Assembly (NCBI GenBank): GCA_051599415.1
Contig: AP039708.1
Span: 186,001 to 250,000, forward strand
DNA: 64,000 nt
Reading direction: 5' to 3'
DNA from: Savitreella phatthalungensis
Taxonomy: Eukaryota
Below the pieces are notes generated by a model. The model saw only the letters and a program-made list of their open reading frames with translations, was not told the origin of the DNA and made no database searches. Positions 42,881 to 55,120 of this stretch are shown piece by piece; the stretch's first letter is position 1, and each line of letters opens with the position of its first letter. The translations under genes and the position numbers were made by a program.

Positions 42881-43729
42881 TCATCTGCGTGTGATGAGGA
42901 TTTGGCCGAGCATCACGGTGCATACGCCTTCCTCGTCCTCCATCCACTGCTCCCATGCATCACACAATCGATCGAGGTCTTGTGCGGTGTATTGGAAGTG
43001 GTCTTGCATGGAAAGGATCTTGTCGCGCATCGTCCCTGCTCGCAGCCGATCTCGGAGGACGGTACCCCACATCGCCCGTCCGTCGGGAGTCGCATAGCAC
43101 CACGTGCCGCTCGACACGGTGATGTCCTCCCGGGCGGCGCCAGCAGCGATCGCGTGGGAGACAAGCCGCATTCCTGCATCGGCATCCCCGCCAATCACGT
43201 GCATGTACTTGGCCCACAGCTCCACGGTCGCTGTCAGTGACTCATCTGGCGGATTGAACTGCCAGCCTCGGGTGGATTCGCACAACGCGACCGTGCCTCC
43301 AGGCTTGCAAACTGCCAACATGTTCCGGATCGCGTCTACGGGGTCGTCAAGGTGTGTGATGACCATGTTGGCGTGGACGATGTCGAATTGTCTGTGGAGA
43401 GCGCCGAGCTCGTAGATACTGCCTTGGACGAACGTGATCCTGTCTGCGACGTCGCGCTCCTCAGCAAGCGACCGTGCTTGAGATAACACCTCCGTGGACA
43501 GGTCCACTGCCGTGATGGATCCACCCACGGGCAGGTATTTCGCCATCGAGCTCGTGATCGACCCGGGTCCACATCCGCAGTCGAGGATCGCCAGATCCGG
43601 CACCGTCCGAGCACCTTGCTCCAGTCGCTCGATCAGGTACCCACAGCTGTTCTCCACAGACCGCCACGCATGATGTCGCACGTCCTCTCGCTTGTACCCT
43701 GTCCTGTACGCGTTGTGCTGTGTTGTCAT
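42881..43729 (-). CDS. Class I SAM-dependent methyltransferase (UbiE-like)
   Basis: ILDCGCGPGSIT, AVDLS, FDIVHA and VCKPGG. Confidence 0.9.
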   Translation of the reverse strand: MTTQHNAYRTGYKREDVRHHAWRSVENSCGYLIERLEQGARTVPDLAILDCGCGPGSITSSMAKYLPVGGSITAVDLSTEVLSQARSLAEERDVADRITFVQGSIYELGALHRQFDIVHANMVITHLDDPVDAIRNMLAVCKPGGTVALCESTRGWQFNPPDESLTATVELWAKYMHVIGGDADAGMRLVSHAIAAGAAREDITVSSGTWCYATPDGRAMWGTVLRDRLRAGTMRDKILSMQDHFQYTAQDLDRLCDAWEQWMEDEEGVCTVMLGQILITRR

Positions 43730-43872
43730 CCTGACTCACGTCATTTCGCGTGTTTGTGAAGGAGATTATTTATGGAAGCTCGAGTGGAGTGCACGATGAA
43801 TAAATGAAATTTTCCGGTTCTAAAATGCGCGGGATCACAAGGCAGGATTAGCCTAGCTAAATGCACGGTAGC

Positions 43873-45411
43873 TCAAAGCTCATCCTTGACAAAGTCCTCC
43901 TCGTCGCCGCCAACGACAGCGTCCTTGACAGCGGCGGCCACCTTTGCAGCCAGACCTTCCTTCTCTGGCTGCTGGTCTTCTTCCTCAGTCTCATCCTCGT
44001 CAACGTCAGGGTCGACGGGCTTGACCTTGTGGGTGGACTCGTTCTGGATAAACTCCTTGAATGAGTCGATTCCGCGGTTGCCCTGGTACTCCACGGGAGT
44101 GTCCTTCTTTCCTGCAGCGAACATTTTGATGGTCGGGAAGCCCTTGATGTCGTCCGGGACGTCGTTCTTGGTAGCGTCGATGGCGGCAATGATGAGCTTG
44201 TCGGAGTGCTTGGCGTACATCTGTGCAAGCTCCTCGTAGTGCGGCTTGAGTGCCTTGCAGTGTCCGCACCAGGGCGCGTAGAACTCGAGCAGGACGTCCT
44301 TCTTGTCGTCCAGCACCAGCTTGTCATACGTCGTCCTGACCACCTTCACCACGGCCTCCTCCTGCTCCTCGGGCTCTGCCTCGGACTTGTACGACGGCTC
44401 AACCTTGCCAGCGACGAAGTCCTCCACAAACTTGCCGAGCGACTTGGCGGTGATCTCGGTCGACTGGTCGAAGGGGTACTTGAGCATCTTGACCGTGTCC
44501 TGAATCGCGAATGCGGGCCACTCAGACTTTAGGTTCAGATTCTCTGCATGGGCGCCAAACATGGCGGCGTCGATCGTCGCAAAGTTGACCTTGCCCTTGA
44601 ACTTAGCAGCTAGCTCGCCTACGAATCCAGATAGCTTCTCCTTCGTCGCGTCAGAGTCGACGAACAGGTAGGCAAGAGGGATGCCCGATGCCATGTATCC
44701 CTGGTAGGTCTCTGGGCCGATCTCACCAAGAAGCGGAATGGCGGCAGTCTTTACAAACTCCTTGACATCGTCTGCCTTGAAGCTGCCCTCGAACACGTCC
44801 TTACCCCCGTCGAACTTTTTGAAGACGACGAGGCCAGGCTGCTTGACGCCGTGCTTCTTCGCCAGATCTGCGTCGTTCGTGGCACCGAAAAGGTAGTCGT
44901 CCCTGAGTGAGGATGCGACCTCTGTGAAGGTCTCATTCGAAGACTTGTCGTCCTCGCCGAAGAAGGCTACGGCGACCACCTTGTCCGAGGTCGAGAAGTC
45001 GTCGAGTGTCTCGGACGTGAGGATGGAAACCGGCGGGAGTGCCTGCTTGGTCATGTAAGAGATGATGGCGTCGGCCTTGCGTGCACCAGGGTACGGCGTG
45101 CCATTGTCCTTGTCACCGCCGCGGAAGAGCTTGAGGGTCGGGTAGCCCTGGACGCCCTGGGACGCACACAATTCCGTCTCCTCTGTACAATCCACTTTGG
45201 CAATTGCAATGTCGGGCTTGTTCTTCAGCTCCGTCGCAGCAGTCTCGTACTCCGGTGCGAGCTTCTGGCAGTGACCACACCAAGGCGCGAAGAACTCCAC
45301 CAGTGCCAACGGCTTCTCAGAAAGCGTAGACTCGAAGGTCGCCCCTGTCAATGAAAGCACATCGCTCGCAAGTGCCGAAGATGCCAGCAACAATGCCGTT
45401 GACAACTTCAT
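43873..45411 (-). CDS. PDI1: Protein disulfide isomerase
   Basis: Signal peptide MKLSTALL, two APWCGHC sites, acidic tail and C-terminal KDEL. Confidence 0.97.
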   Translation of the reverse strand: MKLSTALLLASSALASDVLSLTGATFESTLSEKPLALVEFFAPWCGHCQKLAPEYETAATELKNKPDIAIAKVDCTEETELCASQGVQGYPTLKLFRGGDKDNGTPYPGARKADAIISYMTKQALPPVSILTSETLDDFSTSDKVVAVAFFGEDDKSSNETFTEVASSLRDDYLFGATNDADLAKKHGVKQPGLVVFKKFDGGKDVFEGSFKADDVKEFVKTAAIPLLGEIGPETYQGYMASGIPLAYLFVDSDATKEKLSGFVGELAAKFKGKVNFATIDAAMFGAHAENLNLKSEWPAFAIQDTVKMLKYPFDQSTEITAKSLGKFVEDFVAGKVEPSYKSEAEPEEQEEAVVKVVRTTYDKLVLDDKKDVLLEFYAPWCGHCKALKPHYEELAQMYAKHSDKLIIAAIDATKNDVPDDIKGFPTIKMFAAGKKDTPVEYQGNRGIDSFKEFIQNESTHKVKPVDPDVDEDETEEEDQQPEKEGLAAKVAAAVKDAVVGGDEEDFVKDEL

Positions 45412-45689
45412 CTTTGTCGGTCGATTGTCTGCAAACGCGTCCGCCGATGTGTTATATCTGAAGCTTGAGGTATTGGTGATCGGCGGTGCTGTGCTTTGGT
45501 GGAAAAAAAGCGAACTTGCCACGAAAGCAGAAATATTCGACTTGGTGGTTTGCCACGCACGTGACTTTTGGCAACGAGATACGGGAATGCAGCTCTACGA
45601 GGCTCGTATCTGACAAGAAAGGGTTCGAGTCGGTCAAGTACTTTAAGAAGAGCTGCGACGGAAGATGCTTCATCACCATCATTATTGCT

Positions 45690-47177
45690 ATGGCTTTGGA
45701 CCTCGAGAAGACTACAGAGTCCTGGAGGACTGTGTCCGTGGCGTCTGGTGGGAGAGAGACCGATGGAGGTCTTCTTAAGCCGCGCCACACGGTGGCGATG
45801 GCCTTGTCTGCTTCGATCGGTACAGGTCTTTGGATCGCGTCTGCACGCTCGCTTCACTACGGCGGTCCCGTCGGACTGATTATCGGGTTCGCTGTTGTCG
45901 GGCTCGGCGTGTATCTGGTGTGCAACGACGCATGCGAGCTCATCCAAGATCAACCGCACAAGCACGGGATGTTTGGGTATGCACGTGCGTGGCTCGGGGA
46001 TGCAGCGGCGTTCGCGATGGTGTGTAATTATGGGCTAGCTTGGTTCTTCGTCTATCCTGCGGAGCTAGTCGCGGCGTCGGCACTACTCTCGAGCATCCCA
46101 AATGCACAGCACGTCCCACGAGCAGCCTGGATTGTGATCCTCATTGTCCTCACCGTCGGAAGTCCGCTTCTCCCGCCAAAATGGTATGGAGAAATGGAAT
46201 TTCTCTTCAGCATCATCAAGATCTGTGCGCTCGTGCTGGCGGCCGTATTCATTGCAGTCTGCGACGCTGGCGGCATTGCAGCTTACACGCCTGATCAACA
46301 CATCGTTTGGTCTGCCGATCGCCTGTTCGGGATCGGTGGCAGGGGTCCGCTGCTGGCGATCGTCGCTGCAGGGTTCGCGCTCGGGGGAACTGAGCTTTTC
46401 ACGCTGGCATGCAACCAGTCGCGCGATCCTCGACGAACTGCCAGGAACAATATTCGCGCCATCGCATGCCGCGTCATCTTTTGCTATCTGCTGACAGTTG
46501 CCTGCTTTGCCACAGTCGTCTCTAGCGATCTGGCCAGTCTCGCAGGCCCAACGTCGCCTGTACTGGAGGCCATCAGGCTAAGCGGTCTCCCGGCGCTTCA
46601 CACCACTGTCGTCATTCTTCTGGTGATCGCCCTGATTTCGGCAGCCGACACTGCCATCTATCTTTTTGGGCGGACGCTGGTGATTTCTGCCGAGATGGGA
46701 TTCGTCCCGGAGACCATTCGGAGGATGCTGCTGGCGCAGGAGCCGTTACTAGCGGGCGGCACGCCGGAGTATAGTGCGGCAGGATGGCCGATCGCCGTGG
46801 TGATGGGCGTAGGCGGGTGCATTGCCTTCAGCACGCTGTCTCACGGGGGGTCCCGAGCATTCGGCGTCCTGATCGACGTCGTCGCCATGGGCAACTACGT
46901 CAACTGGTTGGCCATGCTGGCCACGCACGTGCAATTCCTCAGAAGCCAGCGAGGTGCGCCGCTCTGGAAGTGGCTGGCGGACGTGTACGTCGGTCTGCTC
47001 GTGGTCCTCGTCTTTGCTGCACAGATCGTTCTCGGAATTGATCCGCTTGCGAAGGGGACGAGCCCTGGGGTGGCCCTAGTCGCAAACTTCGCGCTACCCG
47101 TGGCCGCAGTCGCAATCTTCGGAGGGCGATGGTGGATGCGTCGATCATATCCGTGCGCTTGCACGAGCGCGATCTAG
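45690..47177 (+). CDS. Amino acid permease (APC/YAT family), divergent
   Basis: LKPRH..MAL...IGTGL, GP.G, YGE.EF....IK and GGTEL, with multiple TM segments. Confidence 0.88.
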   Translation: MALDLEKTTESWRTVSVASGGRETDGGLLKPRHTVAMALSASIGTGLWIASARSLHYGGPVGLIIGFAVVGLGVYLVCNDACELIQDQPHKHGMFGYARAWLGDAAAFAMVCNYGLAWFFVYPAELVAASALLSSIPNAQHVPRAAWIVILIVLTVGSPLLPPKWYGEMEFLFSIIKICALVLAAVFIAVCDAGGIAAYTPDQHIVWSADRLFGIGGRGPLLAIVAAGFALGGTELFTLACNQSRDPRRTARNNIRAIACRVIFCYLLTVACFATVVSSDLASLAGPTSPVLEAIRLSGLPALHTTVVILLVIALISAADTAIYLFGRTLVISAEMGFVPETIRRMLLAQEPLLAGGTPEYSAAGWPIAVVMGVGGCIAFSTLSHGGSRAFGVLIDVVAMGNYVNWLAMLATHVQFLRSQRGAPLWKWLADVYVGLLVVLVFAAQIVLGIDPLAKGTSPGVALVANFALPVAAVAIFGGRWWMRRSYPCACTSAI

Positions 47178-47188
47178 CTAGGCTAGCC

Positions 47189-48208
47189 TTACCCCACAGG
47201 CTTGGCCACGAATTTGTACATACCGAGGACACTGGATGTCAGTGCGCAGATGGTGACAAAATCCCGGATCCCGTACTCTGCCGGGGTCGCCCTACTCGCG
47301 AGCTTGTCCGTAGCCTGTGCACCTAGCTCAAATACATCGCACGCTGCCTGGACCATGTCGCAGCAGATCTTGAGTCCGTCAATGTCGTGCCAGAACTCTG
47401 CCTGGACGAGGGCCTGGTCCCTGCGGGTGGCCTCCCTGTGGGACAGCAACGCATTCATCCGTCGCCTCCGCGCCATCACACGCTTCTCGCCTAGCCAGTC
47501 ATCCAGCTCCAGGACGAGCGACGCGAGCCAGCAGCGGTCAGCGTACACACCGAATCCTTTAAGCCACTCGGGCAAGTACCCTAGCTGCGCGAGCGTGTAC
47601 AGATCCTCCGACAGATCCTCTCCCACAGATAACGTCTTCTCCAGTAGCCAGCGCGCACGCTGCAGGCGTGTCGGCTTCGCGAGAAGGTGTTCCGAGTGGA
47701 CGAGATCCGGGTCCTGGTTGATTGCCCCGCGCTTTGATGACTTAGGGGAATGGTTGCTAGTCTTCTCGTCGTCAGAGTCAGCGCGCTGAGCCGCAAGCAG
47801 ATCCGGGAAAGTGTGATCGCGCGGCATGACCTTGGTCAGGCGCTCGAGGGTTGTGGACAGTCGGGATCGTGCTCGGTTGTGGCCGCCGCCGCGAGGGGAC
47901 GAGGGTCCTGCGATCCGTGATTCACGCAGAGCCAGGAGCTGATCGATCCCAGCGACGATGATCGCCTTTGCAGGCTTGTAGGCGTTTCCGAGGCTCAAGA
48001 CGCGCTTCTGAAGAGAGCATTGCAGGGCTAGCTGCGTCAACAACGCCTTCTGAGCAGCTGAGAGTGAGAGCACTTGCGAGATCACATAAAGCTCCCGCGT
48101 CACCGGCACAGTGCGAGGTGTCGCGAGCAACAGGACGAATCGCGCGGTGTACTGGATCAGCTTTAACGCCCGCCAACGGCCGATGGCCGTGGTGAGGACG
48201 CGCTCCAT
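47189..48208 (-). CDS. Pex11-family peroxisomal membrane protein (Pex11/25-like)
   Basis: N-terminal GR..LKLIQY..R, ADRCWL, K..CD and L.SS.LG.YK patterns. Confidence 0.65.
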   Translation of the reverse strand: MERVLTTAIGRWRALKLIQYTARFVLLLATPRTVPVTRELYVISQVLSLSAAQKALLTQLALQCSLQKRVLSLGNAYKPAKAIIVAGIDQLLALRESRIAGPSSPRGGGHNRARSRLSTTLERLTKVMPRDHTFPDLLAAQRADSDDEKTSNHSPKSSKRGAINQDPDLVHSEHLLAKPTRLQRARWLLEKTLSVGEDLSEDLYTLAQLGYLPEWLKGFGVYADRCWLASLVLELDDWLGEKRVMARRRRMNALLSHREATRRDQALVQAEFWHDIDGLKICCDMVQAACDVFELGAQATDKLASRATPAEYGIRDFVTICALTSSVLGMYKFVAKPVG

Positions 48209-48346
48209 TGGCAGTACAACTTTTGTCGCGTCTCGTCGATCAAGAGGAGGAATTTTTTAAATTTGCGGGGCTGGGAGGCTCTCGGCATATAAATTTAATC
48301 TATTCGGACGATCTTTTTGTGTTTTTGTTTTCTGTCTGTGGAGAGT

Positions 48347-50425
48347 CTAGGACGGAGCACGGTGGTCGTCATTTTGAGCATTGTAGAAGGCACGACGGAG
48401 GGGCGAGCGCAGAGGAGTCACGTCCTTCCAGAACGCAATGGTCTCCTTTGCCTTGACGGCAATGTTGCTCGGCGTGAGGCCGAACTTCTCGTACAGCTTC
48501 TGGTACGGTCCTGAGGCGCCGAAGCGGTTGATGCCGAACTGCTCGTGCGAGTAGCGCTCCCATCCGAAGGTCGAGTATGCCTCGACGGACAGAATCGGAA
48601 TGCCGTCAGGTAGAACCTTGACGCGCTCGTCGAACGAAAGGCTGTCGAAGACCTCAGAGCAAGGCATCGAGACGATGCGGGACTTGATGCCCTCCTTGGC
48701 GAGCTCCTTGGCAGCGTCGACGCAGATACCGACCTCCGAACCAGTCGAGACGAATGTGATCTGAGCGCCGTCCTCCTCCGCGAGCACGTAACCACCCTTG
48801 GCGGCCTTGCCGATGGTGGAGCCGTGAAGGTGTGGCAGGTTCTGGCGGGAGAGGGCGAGTAGCGAGGGCTTTGTCTGGGTGGTGAGGGCGACGTAGTAGG
48901 CTGCAGAGACCTCATTACCGTCAGCCGGACGCCAGTTGAGCATGTTCGGGGTTGCACGGAAGTGGGCGAGGGTCTCGATCGGCTGGTGGGTGGGTCCGTC
49001 CTCGCCGAGACCGATGGAGTCGTGGGTCGCGACCCAGACAAGTCGGAAGTGTGACAGAGCTGAGAGACGGACTGCACCGGCTGCGTAGGAAACGAAGTTC
49101 AGGAAAGTACCTCCGTATGGCAGAACAGTGCCGTAGGAGGCGAGACCGTTCATGATGGCGCCCATGGCGTGCTCGCGCACACCGTAACGGACGTATCTGC
49201 CCTCGTACGTGCCAAGACCGGTTGCCGGCGGCTGGAAATCCACAGCCTCCTTCCAACGAGTAAGATTGGAGCCCGTCAGGTCGGCCGATCCACCAAAGAG
49301 CTCGGGAACGACTGCCTGGATGGCGCTGAGGGCGGTCTCGGACAGCTTGCGAGTTGCGACAGCCTTGTCTTCTGGCGAGTATGTGGGAAGAGCCTTCTCC
49401 CAGCCCTCCGGCAGCTTGCCAGACAGACGGCGCTGTAGGTCCTTTGCTTCCTCAGGGAATTTTTGTGCGTACTCGTCCAGCTTCTTGTTCCACTCGGCCT
49501 CGGCCTTCTGCCCGGCCTCGATCTTCTTTGCGCACATGTCAGATACTTCCTGAGGGACGACGAAGGTCTGCTCCGGGTCAAAACCAAACTTCTTCTTGAC
49601 CTGCTTGGCGTCGTCCGCCTTGAGCGGGTTGCCGTGGACACCGTGGGTGCCCTGCTCGAGCGAACCGTATCCGATCGTGGTCTCAAGGCAGATGAGCGAA
49701 GGCTTGTCTGTGACGGCCTTGGCGTCTTCGATTGCCTTCTCCATCGCATCCAAATCCGTGTCGGCATTGGGGACGTCGATCACGTGCCAGCCGTAAGACC
49801 TGTACCGTGCACGGACGTCCTCAGTGAAGGCGCAATTGGTGTCACCGTCGATGGAGATGTGGTTGTCGTCGTAGAACGCAATGAGCTTGCCGAGCTGGAG
49901 GTGACCAGCGAGCGAGCAAGCCTCGGAGGCGATGCCCTCCATCATGCAGCCATCGCCGAGGAAGCAGTACGTGTAATTGTCAATCAGCTTGAAGCCGTCC
50001 TTGTTGTAGACTGCGGCGGTGTGTGCCTCGGCCATGGCAATACCGACCGCATTGGCGATACCTTGACCGAGCGGGCCTGTGGTGACCTCGATACCCTCCG
50101 TATCCGCACACTCCGGGTGGCCGGGCGTGTGTGAGTCGACCTGACGGAAGTTCTTCAGGTCATCCATCGACAGCGGGTAGCCGTACAAGTGGAGGAGGAT
50201 GTACTGAAGGGCACATCCATGTCCGTTTGATAGCACGAACCGGTCACGGTTGACCCACTTTGGGTTCTTTGGGTTGAAGCTCATATGACGGTTGAAAAGG
50301 ACATGGGCGATTGGGGCCATACCCATCGGTGCTCCGGGGTGACCGGAGTTGCTCTTGCCGACGACATCGACTGCGAGCGTACGAATGGTGTTGATAGCCT
50401 TATTGTCGACTTCTGTAAATGCCAT
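48347..50425 (-). CDS. TKL1: Transketolase
   Basis: SGHPGAPMG, RDRFVLSNGH, TTGPLGQG, TPP motif GDGC.MEG and THDSIGLGEDGPTHQP. Confidence 0.98.
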   Translation of the reverse strand: MAFTEVDNKAINTIRTLAVDVVGKSNSGHPGAPMGMAPIAHVLFNRHMSFNPKNPKWVNRDRFVLSNGHGCALQYILLHLYGYPLSMDDLKNFRQVDSHTPGHPECADTEGIEVTTGPLGQGIANAVGIAMAEAHTAAVYNKDGFKLIDNYTYCFLGDGCMMEGIASEACSLAGHLQLGKLIAFYDDNHISIDGDTNCAFTEDVRARYRSYGWHVIDVPNADTDLDAMEKAIEDAKAVTDKPSLICLETTIGYGSLEQGTHGVHGNPLKADDAKQVKKKFGFDPEQTFVVPQEVSDMCAKKIEAGQKAEAEWNKKLDEYAQKFPEEAKDLQRRLSGKLPEGWEKALPTYSPEDKAVATRKLSETALSAIQAVVPELFGGSADLTGSNLTRWKEAVDFQPPATGLGTYEGRYVRYGVREHAMGAIMNGLASYGTVLPYGGTFLNFVSYAAGAVRLSALSHFRLVWVATHDSIGLGEDGPTHQPIETLAHFRATPNMLNWRPADGNEVSAAYYVALTTQTKPSLLALSRQNLPHLHGSTIGKAAKGGYVLAEEDGAQITFVSTGSEVGICVDAAKELAKEGIKSRIVSMPCSEVFDSLSFDERVKVLPDGIPILSVEAYSTFGWERYSHEQFGINRFGASGPYQKLYEKFGLTPSNIAVKAKETIAFWKDVTPLRSPLRRAFYNAQNDDHRAPS

Positions 50426-51102
50426 TTCGATGAATGACTCTGGAGAGGTAACGGTCTGACTTTTTGTGATGTATGGTTGAATGATATAGGTGACGGATGC
50501 AATGTTGCAGCAACGTTGCGTATCTCGGAATCGGCCGCCACTGACGCTACTAATCGATCCAGGAAGCAATCGTACTGTGTGTGCCTACCGTGTATCCAGC
50601 TAATTGGCTAACTGGCTCTGGGCAAAGCTGTAGGGCAGTGTATGTCATGCAGCTTGGGAGCGTGCGTATGAGTGAGTGAGTGTGTATGAGTGAGTGAATG
50701 AGTGGGTGAAGTGAGTGAGGTGAGTTATCAATGCGGTATACTGCCTACTGTCGATCGATTGTTGGGATATCAATCTATCGCAGCCCGCCTGAATAGTTAT
50801 CTCGAATTTCTGATAGAAGACAATATCAATCTGTCATCCGGGAGATATTCTTATCGACTTCTGTGATCTATTACTTTTCACAAACAGTTTTCTAAAAGCA
50901 TAGATTGATTCGAGCACACACAAATTCCATAAAGTTCGATCGGAGTCACCACGTGTTTCTTGAGGAGTCCTATGCTCTCACGTGTCAGGATGCTTGAGAT
51001 GCAGGGTCATAGCGCCACCGTCTACTGAGTCTATTAAAGCGAGCTTCGGGATTTCAAGCCTTATGCGTGTGTCAAGTGCATTGTAAGTGGGAAAAAAGGC
51101 CT

Positions 51103-51762
51103 ATGGAGTCAGCACTAGGTAGAAGGGGAGATCAGAGGCCTGACCTGTCTCTTGAGCTGGTAGCGCCAGAATTGGTGACTGACTGTGGATCAGGCTCAAC
51201 TTATGTCTCTGCACCGCCTTCCACAGGTGCGTTCGATTTTGTCTGGCATTCCGTCGACCTAGTTCTACAGGAGCGGCTTATGCTCATGAGAGCGATCTCT
51301 AGAGCGACAAATAGACAGCTCAAACTCGACGTTCACTCAGTGCTCGTGCTCGGAGAGGAAATTCCGGGACTGCCATGGCAGATCGACGAGGCGTGCGACC
51401 TCGCGATAGCGGACTCGCTCCAGCAACTGTCCCTGCATTTCCCTGGAAAGGCTCCGGCGTGTGTCGTCGATCGTAATATTCTAATCGACATTGCCAATGG
51501 AAAGGCTTTCCCAGTCAAGCTCGTCCACCGTCTGGTGGTCACGAAAGACGGTACGAAGACAACTGAGTTAGGGCCTCTCATATTGACTGGCACCATCATC
51601 ACTGACAGTGGTGAGCTGCACGGTCAGGAAGTCCGCGTCAAGGCAATACACGCAGGCCTGCTTGTATGGACTGCAGATCAAGCAATCATCACAACAAGAG
51701 CATCCACAGATAACTGCATAATGTCTTCCGGTCACCCAATCCCTCTCATGTATGCAGAATAG
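51103..51762 (+). CDS. Hypothetical protein (~219 aa)
   Basis: ATG at 51103. The ORF fills the gap and ends 36 nt from the convergent HAD gene. No motif recognised. Confidence 0.45.
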   Translation: MESALGRRGDQRPDLSLELVAPELVTDCGSGSTYVSAPPSTGAFDFVWHSVDLVLQERLMLMRAISRATNRQLKLDVHSVLVLGEEIPGLPWQIDEACDLAIADSLQQLSLHFPGKAPACVVDRNILIDIANGKAFPVKLVHRLVVTKDGTKTTELGPLILTGTIITDSGELHGQEVRVKAIHAGLLVWTADQAIITTRASTDNCIMSSGHPIPLMYAE

Positions 51763-51798
51763 TTAGGAAGAGCTGAAGGAAATGTTTGAAAATGAAGT

Positions 51799-53088
51799 CT
51801 AGAATCCACCAATCTCCTCCTCGCGTGCCATTGCCCACTTGACCGCTTCCAGCACATTCTTCTGGATCGTCGAAGGCTTGTACTTCGGTGGACCGTCAGC
51901 AGGGTCGTAGATGCCGGTCTCGACGAGGATCGTCTCCCAGCCGGCCATGTTGCCACCACGGATGTCCGAGTTGGGACCGTCGCCAACCATGTAGATGTTT
52001 CGTGGAGGTGCCTCGATGCCGTGCTCGAGTGCACGCCATTCCGTCAAAACACGAGTGGCATATTCGTACGTCGCATTGTAAGGCTTTCCAAGCTGCGTGC
52101 ACTTGAAAGGCTTGCCATCTGTGGCCTCGCGGAACAAGGCTTCGATGCACATGCGAAGAGCGCCCATACCGTATCGCGGGAGCACGTTCGGCGTTGCCCA
52201 CAGCACGTCTGGGTTGCTGAAGTAGATCGGAGGTCCCTCCTCGAACGTCTTGGAGCGCGTGCCCATGTATCCGCCTTTTGAGAGGAGCAGGTCGAGAATG
52301 ATCTGCTGGTCGCCTGCCCAATCACGCGAATCTGCAAAGACGAAGATGGCGTCAATCTTGATCTTTGAAAAGTCCTGAGGCCGGCAGTGCTCGAGCTCCT
52401 CCTTTGTGAGCGTGCGGAAGGGCACTACGGACGGGTCCCAAGCGATAATGTCACCTGGAATGACGACGTTCTTGAAACCGTAAGACTCTGCGACATCGCG
52501 GCACGCGTGTCCCTCCCCGCCGACGACCAATACCGTCTCGTACTTGTCCGTCATGCCGCGGAACGGCGTGTGCGACTGAATGAACTGTGCGATGGAGCAG
52601 TCCTGCTTCAGCTTCTCCTGTAATTCGGCAACGCGGTGCTCCTCCAGCTTACCACCACCGTTCGTGATGAAGATGTACGGCACTTTGAGCTTGCGAGCGT
52701 TATTGCCGTTCAGGATGGCGAGCGCATCGATGGCCTCTGGGATTGGCGTGCCTCCACGCATCAATACACCGTCGATATCAAAGGCGAATGCATATGGTAC
52801 CTCAGGCGAATCGTCGTACTCGCCCTCATCAAACACATCCTCTTCATCAGCAGCATCCTCACCAAAATCGACGATTCGTCTGGCCTGCTCAATTTCGGCT
52901 GAGATAGACTTGCGTGATGACCTGCGGCGGTGCATTGTCGGCCTTCCTCCACCGATCGAGGCCTTGCTCATCTCACCTGTGACACCGTCGACTGCGGCAT
53001 CGTCACCATCGTATGAATGCATGGTGGTGTAATCCTCACCCTTCAGAGACTTGTTGCTCTGCGTGCGATTCAGATCTGGTCGTGACAT
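51799..53088 (-). CDS. HAD-superfamily subfamily IIA hydrolase (CECR5/HDHD5-like)
   Basis: FDIDGVL, TNGGG, QSHTP, GKP and MVGD.P.SDI.G. Confidence 0.92.
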   Translation of the reverse strand: MSRPDLNRTQSNKSLKGEDYTTMHSYDGDDAAVDGVTGEMSKASIGGGRPTMHRRRSSRKSISAEIEQARRIVDFGEDAADEEDVFDEGEYDDSPEVPYAFAFDIDGVLMRGGTPIPEAIDALAILNGNNARKLKVPYIFITNGGGKLEEHRVAELQEKLKQDCSIAQFIQSHTPFRGMTDKYETVLVVGGEGHACRDVAESYGFKNVVIPGDIIAWDPSVVPFRTLTKEELEHCRPQDFSKIKIDAIFVFADSRDWAGDQQIILDLLLSKGGYMGTRSKTFEEGPPIYFSNPDVLWATPNVLPRYGMGALRMCIEALFREATDGKPFKCTQLGKPYNATYEYATRVLTEWRALEHGIEAPPRNIYMVGDGPNSDIRGGNMAGWETILVETGIYDPADGPPKYKPSTIQKNVLEAVKWAMAREEEIGGF

Positions 53089-53894
53089 AATGTTGACCAA
53101 GGTCAAGGACGTGAATCAAGACGAGGAAGAGAAAGATGTCTCGTCTTTAGTATGCGAGTGTGTCAGATTGGTTGCGTGCACCCGAGCTGTTACTGTTGCT
53201 CAGCTGTTACTGTTGCTCAGCTGTTACTACCGGAGCTAGATGAACAGAACAGTAAATGTTCCTGAGCGGAACGATGACGTCGGATCACTGGAAAGGTTAA
53301 ATTCTTTGACCGAGACTTAGAATAGCAAGCAAGCAACCGAGCAAGCAATTGAGCAAGCAAGCAATCAAGCATTCAAGCCAGCAATCAAATTAAGCTCCCT
53401 AATTTGCTAGCTTTCATCCATTTCATCTCCTCGGGCGGATGACTTTGAAATTCATTCCTATCACAATATCGCAAGCTCAGTCCCCCAGGAGCCGTGAATT
53501 GAGAATTGTATATGGCAGGGAAGGAATTTGAATCGATAATAAAAGTGCATGATAAGTGTCAAAATATGGGAAGATCATCCATGCACCGAAATGCGAGATA
53601 TTCGAATGTACCCGTCAGAATTCAAAAATTCGGTCGAATTCAAAGAGTCGGAGTCAAATTCCTACACGTGTGCGTGGCACTGATCATCGTCCGATATTCA
53701 ATCTGTGGCTGACCATCACGTGACCACTCCAGCTGATCGCCGCTCACCCAACGTCATTGCCCTGCCTCGTAGTACGACGTCTTGTCAGTCCTGGTCTAGT
53801 CCTCCATCTCCTCCTGCAGATCCTTGACATCCCTATAGTTCTTGGACACCGCCCCGTATATCATTTGTCTCCGGAAACACTCATTCACACGGCC

Positions 53895-55106
<1,212 letters not shown>

Positions 55107-55120
55107 TGTTGACTAGCAGT

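Noticed and set aside
53186..53228. 17-nt tandem repeat (GCTGTTACTGTTGCTCA)x2.5 upstream of the HAD gene
   Set aside because: A short local duplication with no further evidence of function.
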